In this document: one piece after another, positions 29,539 through 37,131 of the stretch
Layout of the letters: each line of letters begins with the position of its first letter
Numbering within the stretch: position 1 is the stretch's first letter
Virus record (IMG/VR): IMGVR_UViG_3300011339_000106
Span: 1,489 to 65,488 of that record
Reading direction: 5' to 3' (one strand)
Origin: a virus
Lineage: Duplodnaviria > Caudoviricetes
DNA: 64,000 nucleotides
Notes under the pieces: model-generated
The model's database searches: none
The model's input: the letters and a program-made list of their open reading frames with translations, nothing else
Told to the model about the DNA's origin: nothing
Program-made: the position numbers and the translations under genes

Positions 29539-29555
29539 GGGGACAGTCTGTCCCC
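29539..29555. promoter_or_regulatory. Early-gene palindrome copy 3
   Basis: GGGGACA-GTC-TGTCCCC before AAGGAG and ATG 29578. Confidence 0.75.
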
Positions 29556-29577
29556 ATTCACCAAGGAGAACGCCATC

Positions 29578-30411
29578 ATGGCCCTACCTTTCTACGACCG
29601 TGTCGCACCGCGCTGCCCGAAGTGCCAACTACGTAAAACCCCCGACTTCTTTCGCAAGTGGCATGAAGGGCGCTTCGTGCTGCGCCCTTGGTGTCAACTC
29701 TGTGAGCCGAGCGTGCGGCCCGAGTCTCCTGCGAAGGAAGAGTTGCAGAAAGAGCGCGCCTATCTCGCTGCGCTCGAAGCCGAGCGGGAAGCCACGCGTT
29801 CGCCGCCACCGAAGCTGGTGCCTATGGCGGTTTGTCCTGGGTGCAAGCACACGTTTTCTCTGCAGCGTTTCCGCAAGTGGTGGGGCACCAAGCGGATCAA
29901 GCGCACGCTGTGCATCGAGTGCGAACCTGAGCGCCGATTGGAGAGCATGACACCTGAGGAGCGCGAGGCGCTGATGCTTGCGGGCAAACCCCGTGTGACG
30001 CCTGCTCGTGTGGCTCGGTTGAACGCGGAAGAAGCCGATGCTGAACGGCGACGCCGCAGTCTTGCGGGCAAGCGCAGACACAGCGCTGAGCGCACGCGTG
30101 CTTGGTCGCCCACGTTGTCGGTGTTGCGTGAGGAGAAGTGGTGGTGCATGCAGCACATAAAAGATGCCGTCACGCCTGAGTGGCGCACGTTCTTCGAGGC
30201 TTACGCTGCGGCGGTGACGGACGCACTGCAGCGGGCCAAGATCAAGAAGGCGCAGACCTCAAGCACGAGCGCTGCGCCACCACCCGAGACCTTTTTCTTT
30301 CGAGAGACGCTGCAGTCTTTGGGCAGGCTGTACGCAGCGTGTCAGGTCTTGCGTGGGCGCAAGCACTATCGAGACCCCGCATGCATCGGCTGGCTAAACG
30401 ATGTCAAGTGA
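29578..30411 (+). CDS. Arg-rich protein with two Zn-ribbon modules
   Basis: CPKC...CQLC and CPGC...CIEC. Confidence 0.7.
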   Translation: MALPFYDRVAPRCPKCQLRKTPDFFRKWHEGRFVLRPWCQLCEPSVRPESPAKEELQKERAYLAALEAEREATRSPPPKLVPMAVCPGCKHTFSLQRFRKWWGTKRIKRTLCIECEPERRLESMTPEEREALMLAGKPRVTPARVARLNAEEADAERRRRSLAGKRRHSAERTRAWSPTLSVLREEKWWCMQHIKDAVTPEWRTFFEAYAAAVTDALQRAKIKKAQTSSTSAAPPPETFFFRETLQSLGRLYAACQVLRGRKHYRDPACIGWLNDVK

Positions 30412-30424
30412 AAGGAGCGAAGTG

Positions 30425-30499
30425 ATGTCTAGTGAAGATGCAGCACTGCTGCTCGTGTGCGCCACGGCAGTGGCCTTGATGCTGAGTGGTGTGATTTAA
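30425..30499 (+). CDS. 24-aa hydrophobic micropeptide
   Basis: MSSEDAALLLVCATAVALMLSGVI; AAAGGAG RBS; fills the gap between two genes. Confidence 0.45.
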   Translation: MSSEDAALLLVCATAVALMLSGVI

Positions 30500-30520
30500 C
30501 AACCTGAAAGGAGAAAGCAA

Positions 30521-30847
30521 ATGAACAGTCAACAACGCCGCACCCATGACGAGGTCGTCGGGCAGTACATCGATGACAAGGGGCGCACAGTCACGCGCAA
30601 GTTGTACCTCGTTACACGCAAGAACGCCGAGCGCAAATGCTTGGAGTCCAGTGTGCGGGTCGATAGTGTGGACCCCGAGAACCCAATGTGGCTGACACAC
30701 GCTGTATATCGGGACTACTACCAGATGCTGGCGCGTAATAGTGACCGGGCCACGGCCAAGAACATCGACGCTTTACACGAAGGCAGCATGCAAGAACTGC
30801 CAACCATCCGCGCATGCATACGCGCTCACTACACCGACTGGGTTTGA
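30521..30847 (+). CDS. Hypothetical early protein
   Basis: 108 aa; GGAGAAAGCAAATG initiation motif. Confidence 0.75.
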   Translation: MNSQQRRTHDEVVGQYIDDKGRTVTRKLYLVTRKNAERKCLESSVRVDSVDPENPMWLTHAVYRDYYQMLARNSDRATAKNIDALHEGSMQELPTIRACIRAHYTDWV

Positions 30848-30860
30848 GAGGAGAAAGCAA

Positions 30861-31040
30861 ATGAGCAACGACAACACCGTGATCGGATACCTCATGGAAG
30901 CGCACCTCATGGAGCGTCTGCAGCAGATCAGCACCGGCCTGCATGGTGGCACTGACCGAGAGCGCGACTACGGGCACCGCCTGTGGCTGATCATCAACGA
31001 ACTGCGCAACAACCCCATCACCGAAGGAGAAAGCAAATGA
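30861..31040 (+). CDS. Hypothetical early protein
   Basis: MSNDNTVIGYL...; GGAGAAAGCAAATG motif. Confidence 0.7.
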   Translation: MSNDNTVIGYLMEAHLMERLQQISTGLHGGTDRERDYGHRLWLIINELRNNPITEGESK

Positions 31041-31327
31041 GCAACGACAGAACATACAACGGCTGGTCCACATACTAAACGTGGCTGGTCAACCTGTGGT
31101 TACAGAATGACCAAGCACTGCATGCGGAACTGCATGCCGCCGTCTGCGAAGCAGACACACTGTTCGACGCCAAGGAGGTTCTCCAGGCGAAGCTTGAGAA
31201 CGAGGTGGACCTCCACCTTGAGGCCGCAGGTGCTACGCATGGTGGGTTGATACCTGACCTGTTGCGTGGGGCCCTGCAAGAAGTCAACTGGTACGAGATC
31301 GCCAAGAACTGGCGTGGTGAAGAGTAA
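31037..31327 (+). pseudogene. YNGWxxYETW-family phage gene with an in-frame TAA at codon 14
   Basis: MSNDRTYNGWSTY*TWLVNLWLQND...LQEVNWYEIAKNW; TAA at 31076-31078 where GAA (Glu) is expected; RBS intact. Confidence 0.75.
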
Positions 31328-31347
31328 CTAACCAAAGGAGAAAACAG

Positions 31348-31713
31348 ATGCAGATTAAGACACAAGACCTGACCGGCCCCGCCTTGAACTGGGCGGTGGC
31401 GGAAGCATTGGGATACCAGCCCCGCGTCTACAGCACGCAGTCAATCCGCGCAGAACTCCCTACAGGTGGCGTGATCGCTCCGTTCATGCCGGGGTTTCGT
31501 TGGGACCAAGGCGGACCGATCATCGAGCGGGAGGGATTGAGCATCATACACGTGGGAGACGACTGGCTCGATGCGTGGAAAGCCAGAAAAGGAGACGGCC
31601 ATTGGAAGGGGGAATACAAACACGGCCCCACGCCCCTGATCGCAGCCATGCGCTGCTTCGTAGCATCCCGCCTCGGTGACGCCGTCGAAGTGCCGGAGGC
31701 ACTGCAAGAGTGA
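31348..31713 (+). CDS. DUF2591 / NinX-like phage protein
   Basis: LTGPALNWAVA, W.QGGPIIERE..SI, GPTPLIAAMRC.VAS.LGD.VEVP. Confidence 0.85.
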   Translation: MQIKTQDLTGPALNWAVAEALGYQPRVYSTQSIRAELPTGGVIAPFMPGFRWDQGGPIIEREGLSIIHVGDDWLDAWKARKGDGHWKGEYKHGPTPLIAAMRCFVASRLGDAVEVPEALQE

Positions 31714-31715
31714 CT

Positions 31716-31740
31716 GAACGGGGACACGCTGTCCCCGTTC
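31716..31740. promoter_or_regulatory. Early-gene palindrome copy 4
   Basis: GAACGGGGACA-CGC-TGTCCCCGTTC (11-bp arms). Confidence 0.75.
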
Positions 31741-31787
31741 GCAACCGTGGCCCCTGCGGTCCAGGGGTAGTTCATCAGGAGAAAGCA

Positions 31788-32318
31788 ATGAACAAGTTCA
31801 CACAAGCACGCCAAGACGCAATCGCCAACGCTCATCGTGCCGCGCTACGCGTCCGCATACTGGATGCGCCTGCCGTGCAGGCCATCATGCAACTGTTCCC
31901 ACGCAGCATGCGTAAGGATGTGCGGATCTACCCGTCCGACCACAGCAACAGCGTCTCGTTCAACCTGTACATGCGCGACCTCGACAGCCTGAAGGACAAG
32001 CGCCTGATGCGCGTGCTGGAGACCTTCGCTACCGACCCGTCGTGGAACTCATCAAGCAATGACTACACCTACGACACGCCCAACCGTGACTATCGCTTCG
32101 ACAAGAAGCTGTCCATCCCGATGCCAGCTAACGAACACGCTCGCTGGCTAGACAAGCACGGTTACTTCTGGCACGAGGACAAGACCGTGCTGCCTGTGGA
32201 GATCCACATCTACATCAGCGCTTACGTCAAGGCCGACAGCGATAGCTGCCGCATCGAGGTCGTTGACCGTGTCGAGAAGGTCGTGATCGAGGAAGTGAAG
32301 CGCATCGTCTGCGCTTGA
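31788..32318 (+). CDS. Hypothetical early protein
   Basis: MNKFTQARQDA...; GGAGAAAGCAATG motif. Confidence 0.8.
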   Translation: MNKFTQARQDAIANAHRAALRVRILDAPAVQAIMQLFPRSMRKDVRIYPSDHSNSVSFNLYMRDLDSLKDKRLMRVLETFATDPSWNSSSNDYTYDTPNRDYRFDKKLSIPMPANEHARWLDKHGYFWHEDKTVLPVEIHIYISAYVKADSDSCRIEVVDRVEKVVIEEVKRIVCA

Positions 32319-32336
32319 GGCATCCGCCTCACCCTT

Positions 32337-32360
32337 GGCCCGGGGGTTCCGGGCCTTTTT
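32337..32360 (+). terminator. Rho-independent terminator
   Basis: GGCCCGG-GGGTT-CCGGGCC-TTTTT. Confidence 0.8.
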
Positions 32361-32375
32361 GTTTAGGAGTAAGCG

Positions 32376-32702
32376 ATGTATTGGGAAGTAGTAAACGTCG
32401 AAGCCAAGGACGGCTTTGAGATCGTCTTGTCCACCACCCCTGAGGACATGCCGCCTGATTGGGATGAGACAGAAGAACAACGCGCCGAGACACTGCGCAA
32501 GATAGAGGATGGCACATGGTTGTACTTCATCGCCCGTGTCGAAGCCTGCAAGGAGGGCATCGCGCTTGGCACCTCGTACCTGGGCGGCTGCTGTTACGAG
32601 AACATGCAGCAGTTCCTCAAGGAGTCCGATGACTACTACCAAGACATGGTGCACGAAGCCATCGAAGAGGCGCGCGCCCGCATCAACCGTTTCAAGGAGT
32701 AA
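32376..32702 (+). CDS. Acidic hypothetical phage protein
   Basis: 108 aa; YLGGCCYE motif; AGGAG RBS. Confidence 0.75.
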   Translation: MYWEVVNVEAKDGFEIVLSTTPEDMPPDWDETEEQRAETLRKIEDGTWLYFIARVEACKEGIALGTSYLGGCCYENMQQFLKESDDYYQDMVHEAIEEARARINRFKE

Positions 32703-32706
32703 TGCA

Positions 32707-33027
32707 GTGACGACAACCTACGAATCCATCCCTCCCCTCAGCCTCGCTGAGGCTGAAGACGATCAAGAGGCGTACCGCCAATGGAAGGCATTGGACGCAT
32801 ACATCACCGATGGTCACTGCCGTGAGTGGGTGCTGTGCTGGGATGGCGATGCCGCTGAGCCCGTGCTCAAGAACGCCAAGGCCGCTAGCTTCCGTGGCGA
32901 AGTCCACACCATCATCGGAGGACGCGCACCACACAAGCCCGGGTCAACGGGCAGGGTGTGGACCAGCGACAACGCCGAGTACTACCCCGGCGTCTTCGAC
33001 ATGAAGTGGGTGAACACGCTCGGCTAA
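32707..33027 (+). CDS. Hypothetical phage protein
   Basis: Probable GTG start; SFRGE...GGRAPHKPGSTGRVW....EYYPGVF. Confidence 0.6.
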   Translation: MTTTYESIPPLSLAEAEDDQEAYRQWKALDAYITDGHCREWVLCWDGDAAEPVLKNAKAASFRGEVHTIIGGRAPHKPGSTGRVWTSDNAEYYPGVFDMKWVNTLG

Positions 33028-33031
33028 ACAC

Positions 33032-33059
33032 TTCCCACAATCCTGGGAACGTGTACAAT
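33032..33059 (+). promoter_or_regulatory. Possible sigma70 promoter
   Basis: TTCCCA-N16-TACAAT upstream of the DUF932 gene. Confidence 0.4.
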
Positions 33060-33118
33060 GTTTGATACCCGAAGGGGCGGCGGGCAATCCGCCCCACATC
33101 AACTAGGAGAAAGCAATC

Positions 33119-34096
33119 ATGGCTCATCAAATCGACACCACCTCCCTCAACCGCGCTTCCTATGCCTCCACCAAGCGTGAGTGGCACGGGCTTGGCGAAC
33201 TCATGCCTATGGGCGCAGACATTGAGACCTGGGCGCAAGCCGCAGGGATGGAGTACCGTGTCCAGCGCGGCGTCATCCGCTACGCCACCGAATGTCTGAC
33301 CCCAGACGCTGCCATCCACAACCTGAAGACCATCGAAGACAAGCTCGTGCTCTTCCGCTCCGACACCGGCGCTCCCCTGGGCGTGGTGTCTGACAGCTAC
33401 AAGGTCGTGCAGCCCCGTGAGGTGCTGGAGTTTTTCAGGGAGTGGGCGCAAGCTAACGCATGCACCATCGAGAGCGCTGGCGTGCTGTTCGGCGGCAAGC
33501 GGTACTTCGCCACAGCCAAGATGTCCGATGGTGTGTTCGTCGGTGAAGGGGACAAGGTTGTCCCCTATGTGCTGCTCAGCACCAGTGCTGACGGTTCACT
33601 CGCCACCGAGGGGCGCATCACGACTGTGCGTGTGGTGTGCAACAACACGCTGCGTCTGGCAAGCGCCGGGGCATCATCTTTCAGGGTGTCACACCGCACC
33701 ACGTTCAAGGCCGAGGAGTGCCGCAGCATCATCGAGACTGCACATCAGGAGTTCGGTGCGTTCATGGACATGAGCCGCAAGCTTGCGTCCATCAAGGTGG
33801 AGTCCCGGCTTGCCGAGGACATGACAACGCTCCTGCTGACTACGTCAACCCGCGATGCGGATGCAGCGCGTGACTCTGCCGGGTTCACCAAGATCATGTC
33901 CCTCTTCAGCGGAGGCGGCAAGGGCAGCACGCTGGAGACGGCACGCGAGACAGCCTTCGGGTGGCTCAACGCGTGTACCGAGTACGTGGACCACCATGTG
34001 CGTGCGCGTAGCGACGAGAACCGTACAGCCGCAGCCCTGTGGGGCCCAGGCGCTGACCTCAAGCAGCGTGCAGTAGAGATCGCACTGGCGGCATAA
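33119..34096 (+). CDS. DUF932 family (phage/plasmid TIGR03299-like) protein
   Basis: WHGLG, R.DTG..LGVVSD.YKVVQP.E, ESAG.L.GGKR, LL.TS.DGS, TTVRVVCNNTL, H..T. Confidence 0.9.
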   Translation: MAHQIDTTSLNRASYASTKREWHGLGELMPMGADIETWAQAAGMEYRVQRGVIRYATECLTPDAAIHNLKTIEDKLVLFRSDTGAPLGVVSDSYKVVQPREVLEFFREWAQANACTIESAGVLFGGKRYFATAKMSDGVFVGEGDKVVPYVLLSTSADGSLATEGRITTVRVVCNNTLRLASAGASSFRVSHRTTFKAEECRSIIETAHQEFGAFMDMSRKLASIKVESRLAEDMTTLLLTTSTRDADAARDSAGFTKIMSLFSGGGKGSTLETARETAFGWLNACTEYVDHHVRARSDENRTAAALWGPGADLKQRAVEIALAA

Positions 34097-34120
34097 GCAG
34101 AAGCCAACCAGTGTCAGTCA

Positions 34121-34145
34121 GGGGGAGCATGTCGCTCCCCCTTTT
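34121..34145 (+). terminator. Rho-independent terminator
   Basis: GGGGGAGC-ATGTC-GCTCCCCC-TTTT. Confidence 0.8.
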
Positions 34146-34149
34146 CGTT

Positions 34150-34166
34150 GGGGACAAGTTGTCCCC
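34150..34166. promoter_or_regulatory. Early-gene palindrome copy 5
   Basis: GGGGACA-AGT-TGTCCCC right after the terminator, before AAGGAG and ATG 34187. Confidence 0.75.
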
Positions 34167-34186
34167 GTTCAACCAAGGAGAGAGCA

Positions 34187-34804
34187 ATGCAAGTAGTTCA
34201 CATCAGTGTCATGACCGGCAAGCTTGACGGCTTGCGTGCCATCAGTACCAACACGCGCACCAACCCGTACTGCATCAAGCAGAACGCGTCCGGCGATCCC
34301 ACCAACATCTGCACCAAGTGCTACAGCCACACGATGCTGTCCAGCTACCGCAAGAACATGCAACCTGCGCTGCAGAGGAATAGTGACGCGCTGTCCGCCC
34401 ACATACTGGCTACGCACGACCTTCCTCGGATCGTAGATCCGGTCTTCCGCTTCGACGCACACGGTGAGTTGATCAACGAGACGCATCTGCTGAACCTCGT
34501 GGCTATCTGTGAGTACAACCCAGCAACCTCGTTCGCGTTGTGGACTAAGCGCAATGACATCGTGAGCAAGTACTTCCGCACGCGTGCCAAGCCAGCGAAC
34601 ATGACGCTGATCTACAGCAACCCCAAGATCAGCCACATCATGGCGAAGCCGCCGAAGCACTTCGACCGCACGTTCAACAACGTGCTGGAGCACGAGTACG
34701 TCGAGCGCCAGAACTGCACAGGGCAGCAGTGCAAGGATTGCTTGCTTTGCTATACCCCTGGGAACGGTGTCACGACCATCGTAGAGAAAGTGAAGAAGTA
34801 CTGA
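34187..34804 (+). CDS. Gp88-like Cys-rich protein (radical-SAM-like fold suspected)
   Basis: C...ICTKCY, FRFDAHGEL, LWTKR, C.GQQCKDCLLCY. Confidence 0.6.
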   Translation: MQVVHISVMTGKLDGLRAISTNTRTNPYCIKQNASGDPTNICTKCYSHTMLSSYRKNMQPALQRNSDALSAHILATHDLPRIVDPVFRFDAHGELINETHLLNLVAICEYNPATSFALWTKRNDIVSKYFRTRAKPANMTLIYSNPKISHIMAKPPKHFDRTFNNVLEHEYVERQNCTGQQCKDCLLCYTPGNGVTTIVEKVKKY

Positions 34805-34813
34805 GTCAAGCGC

Positions 34814-34842
34814 TTGACACCCCGGTGCTAGGCACCGATACT
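34814..34842 (+). promoter_or_regulatory. Strong sigma70-like promoter with a dyad in the spacer
   Basis: TTGACA-N17-GATACT; CGGTGC-TAG-GCACCG inside. Confidence 0.7.
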
Positions 34843-34873
34843 ACGCGTCCTCATCAACTAACCGGAGTCATCA

Positions 34874-35125
34874 ATGACTTTCAACATCGAGAGCGGCATC
34901 GAGATGCCCAAGCGTGCACGCGGTCGTACCCCGACCAAGTTCCCCATCTCTGACATGGCTGTGGGTCAGTCTTTCCTGATCCCCTGCGACACCGCAGATA
35001 AGAAGGCGCTGACCAACTGGCGGCGTAAGTTCTTGGTTGCCAAGCAAGCCTTCCTGAAGCAGTACGAGGGCGAGTTCAAGACCGCTACGGTGGACGGTGG
35101 CATCCGTGTCTGGCGTACGGCGTAA
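34874..35125 (+). CDS. Small phage protein (FPxxxMxVGxSFxIP family)
   Basis: 83 aa; KFPISDMAVGQSFLIP...GGIRVWRT. Confidence 0.8.
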   Translation: MTFNIESGIEMPKRARGRTPTKFPISDMAVGQSFLIPCDTADKKALTNWRRKFLVAKQAFLKQYEGEFKTATVDGGIRVWRTA

Positions 35126-35143
35126 CCGCCGCTAACACCACTC

Positions 35144-35170
35144 AACGCTCTGCTTCGGCAGGGCGTTTTT
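35144..35170 (+). terminator. Rho-independent terminator
   Basis: AACGCTCTGC-TTCG-GCAGGGCGTT-TTT. Confidence 0.85.
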
Positions 35171-35203
35171 GTTGGCTAAACGATTTTCATCAGGAGAAAG
35201 CAA

Positions 35204-35563
35204 ATGAACGAAATTCAAAAACTCGCGTTAAACAAAGCCCTTGCTATGCTCAAGGGTGCGGATGCGAAATACATCGTGGTGTTGCCTGACGGCACCGAGC
35301 ACAGCCTGGGTGATCTGAAGCTGGCCCCACCGGAGCCTGTGCGTAAGCGACATCAAGTCGTACCGATGGGCACATACAAAAAGATCTACGAGCCGCACCT
35401 CAAGGACCTGCAGGTGGGTGAAGTAGCGCTGGTTCCTACAGAAGGTGTTGACGGTAAGGCACTGCAATCTGCATGCACCGCGTGGTGTAACAAGCAGTGG
35501 GGTATCGGCGCTTGCATGTCGCATCGCACTGAACAGCATATTGAAATCATGAGGGTTGCATGA
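35204..35563 (+). CDS. Hypothetical protein; C-half resembles the 34874 family
   Basis: 119 aa; HLKDLQVGEVALVP...IEIMRV. Confidence 0.75.
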   Translation: MNEIQKLALNKALAMLKGADAKYIVVLPDGTEHSLGDLKLAPPEPVRKRHQVVPMGTYKKIYEPHLKDLQVGEVALVPTEGVDGKALQSACTAWCNKQWGIGACMSHRTEQHIEIMRVA

Positions 35564-35724
35564 TGACCACTAAACAACTCGTTCGTCACGCTCGTGAACT
35601 CTGGAATTCCCCACTGGTGCCTCCGCAAATCAACCGGCACAATCGAAAGGCTTGGGTCAGGAGCGTCCTGCGCCTGGGTGATAAGTGGCTTCTGGCACAG
35701 AAAGTAAGGAGGATCACGCAATGA
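35560..35724 (+). CDS. Small basic protein, not in ORF track
   Basis: MMTTKQLVRHARELW...NRHNRKAWVRSVLRLGDKWLLA; ATGA overlaps on both sides. Confidence 0.7.
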   Translation: MMTTKQLVRHARELWNSPLVPPQINRHNRKAWVRSVLRLGDKWLLAQKVRRITQ

Positions 35725-35942
35725 ACAAGGAATATCACGACGGCACCGAACCTGACTCGTTGCCGCACTACACGTTCTGTTCAGGGCCTTGCAACCAAGG
35801 CCGAGAGCCCTGCCCATGCCCGATGGCATGTGAGCGGGAAGCTGCTGAGACGGACATCAGCATCCTTGGTCTGTTCATCCGGTTTGTCATCGTGACCCTG
35901 GCCTTTGTCGGCCTGGGTGCAATCGTAGGAGTATGGGCATGA
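35721..35942 (+). CDS. Cys-rich protein with C-terminal TM anchor
   Basis: CSGPCNQGREPCPCPMAC followed by a hydrophobic helix. Confidence 0.7.
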   Translation: MNKEYHDGTEPDSLPHYTFCSGPCNQGREPCPCPMACEREAAETDISILGLFIRFVIVTLAFVGLGAIVGVWA

Positions 35943-36121
35943 AAGTTGAAGTCACACACGCCGACATCTCAAACGAGATGGGTGTCGTTGCCACGGTGCA
36001 GTTGGTAGATGAGAACGTGGTGCAGGTAAACATCAGACAAGTCACCGGCTGGAACGACTGGATCGAAGTCTACGAAGCGGTCAAGCGCATCATGATGTTG
36101 ATGGAGGTGAAGAATGACTGA
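35939..36121 (+). CDS. Small hypothetical protein
   Basis: 60 aa, translationally coupled. Confidence 0.65.
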   Translation: MKVEVTHADISNEMGVVATVQLVDENVVQVNIRQVTGWNDWIEVYEAVKRIMMLMEVKND

Positions 36122-36188
36122 TACCGGAGGACCGGCGTTTCCTACCAAGAACTACGCCGCCATCAAGGCGGTGGAGGAGGTGAAATGA
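36114..36188 (+). pseudogene. Truncated TGGPAFP-family minigene
   Basis: MTDTGGPAFPTKNYAAIKAVEEVK; overlaps both neighbours. Confidence 0.45.
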
Positions 36189-36526
36189 GCAAGCGATGGG
36201 AGTTCCGCAAGGACGGCTTTGTCTACGACGTTGAAACGAACGAGCGTGTCTGCTCGCCTCACTCAACGCTGCCCGACAGCATCAAGAAGTTCGGGCCACA
36301 CAAGCAGGACTTGATCGCCAACGCCCGCCTGATCGCCGCCGCGCCAAGGATGTTGGAACTGCTGAAACGTCTTTTGTCGATAGCAGAGGACGCGGCAGAG
36401 TCGTTGGGTAGGTTTTGCAGTGACGAGGGCCGGGCTCAGAAAGACATGGACCGCATGGACAACGTGGACGGGATGCTGCCGTTGATGCGCGCCGTTATCA
36501 AGGCTGCGGAAGGAGAGGAAGCATGA
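36185..36526 (+). CDS. Phage protein with ANARLIAAAP motif
   Basis: 113 aa; LIANARLIAAAPRMLELL. Confidence 0.8.
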   Translation: MSKRWEFRKDGFVYDVETNERVCSPHSTLPDSIKKFGPHKQDLIANARLIAAAPRMLELLKRLLSIAEDAAESLGRFCSDEGRAQKDMDRMDNVDGMLPLMRAVIKAAEGEEA

Positions 36527-37131
36527 TCTACACCACCCTGAACAAAATCCGTGCTCATGGTCCTTGCGCTAACGGCTGGGCCAAACTGCTGCGCCATCTG
36601 GGCAAGACGCAGGCCGATGACGAGCCGCTGGCGCTCGCCACGATCCTCGACAGCAACGGCCTAGACGACGCGCTCTGGTGCCTGCGTGCCGTCAATGGGC
36701 ACGAACGCGAGATGCGGCTGTACGCAGTCTGGTGCGCTCGACAGGTGCAGCACCTGATGACCGACCCGCGCTCACTGGCCGCGCTGGATGTGGCCGAGCG
36801 GCACGCCAATGGCGAGGCGACTGACGAGGAGTTGGCCGCAGCGTGGGACGCAGCGTGGGGCGCAGCGACTGACGAGGAGTTGGCCGCAGCGTGGGCCGCA
36901 GCGTGGGGCGCAGCGACTGACGAGGAGTTGGCCGCAGCGTGGGCCGCAGCGTGGACCGCGAGGGCCGCAGCGTGGGCCGCGAGGGGCGCAGCGAGGGACG
37001 CAGCGAGTGCCGCAGCGTGGGCCGCGAGGGGCGCAGCGAGGGACGCAGCGAGTGCCGCAGCGAGGGGCGCAGCGTGGGCCGCACAGACGGCAGAGTTCCG
37101 GCGTGTGTTTTTCGGGGAGGTGACGACATGA
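36523..37131 (+). CDS. Ala/Trp-repeat phage protein (Imm5-like helical domain)
   Basis: TTLNKIRAHGPC..GW.KLL, DDALWCLRA, AVWCARQV, TDEELAAAW repeats. Confidence 0.8.
   Translation: MIYTTLNKIRAHGPCANGWAKLLRHLGKTQADDEPLALATILDSNGLDDALWCLRAVNGHEREMRLYAVWCARQVQHLMTDPRSLAALDVAERHANGEATDEELAAAWDAAWGAATDEELAAAWAAAWGAATDEELAAAWAAAWTARAAAWAARGAARDAASAAAWAARGAARDAASAAARGAAWAAQTAEFRRVFFGEVTT
36817..37055 (+). repeat. Coding tandem repeats: 3 x 48 bp and about 2 x 45 bp
   Basis: GCGACTGACGAGGAGTTGGCCGCAGCGTGGG units start at 36817, 36865 and 36913. Confidence 0.85.

Noticed and set aside
31076-31078. Alternative genetic code or stop-codon reassignment
   Set aside because: All major genes are intact under the standard code, TAA terminates many genes, and no suppressor tRNA was found
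33548-33565. Sixth GGGGACA...TGTCCCC palindrome
   Set aside because: 4-nt spacer rather than 3 and inside the DUF932 coding sequence; not counted as a regulatory copy, though it could be a weak site
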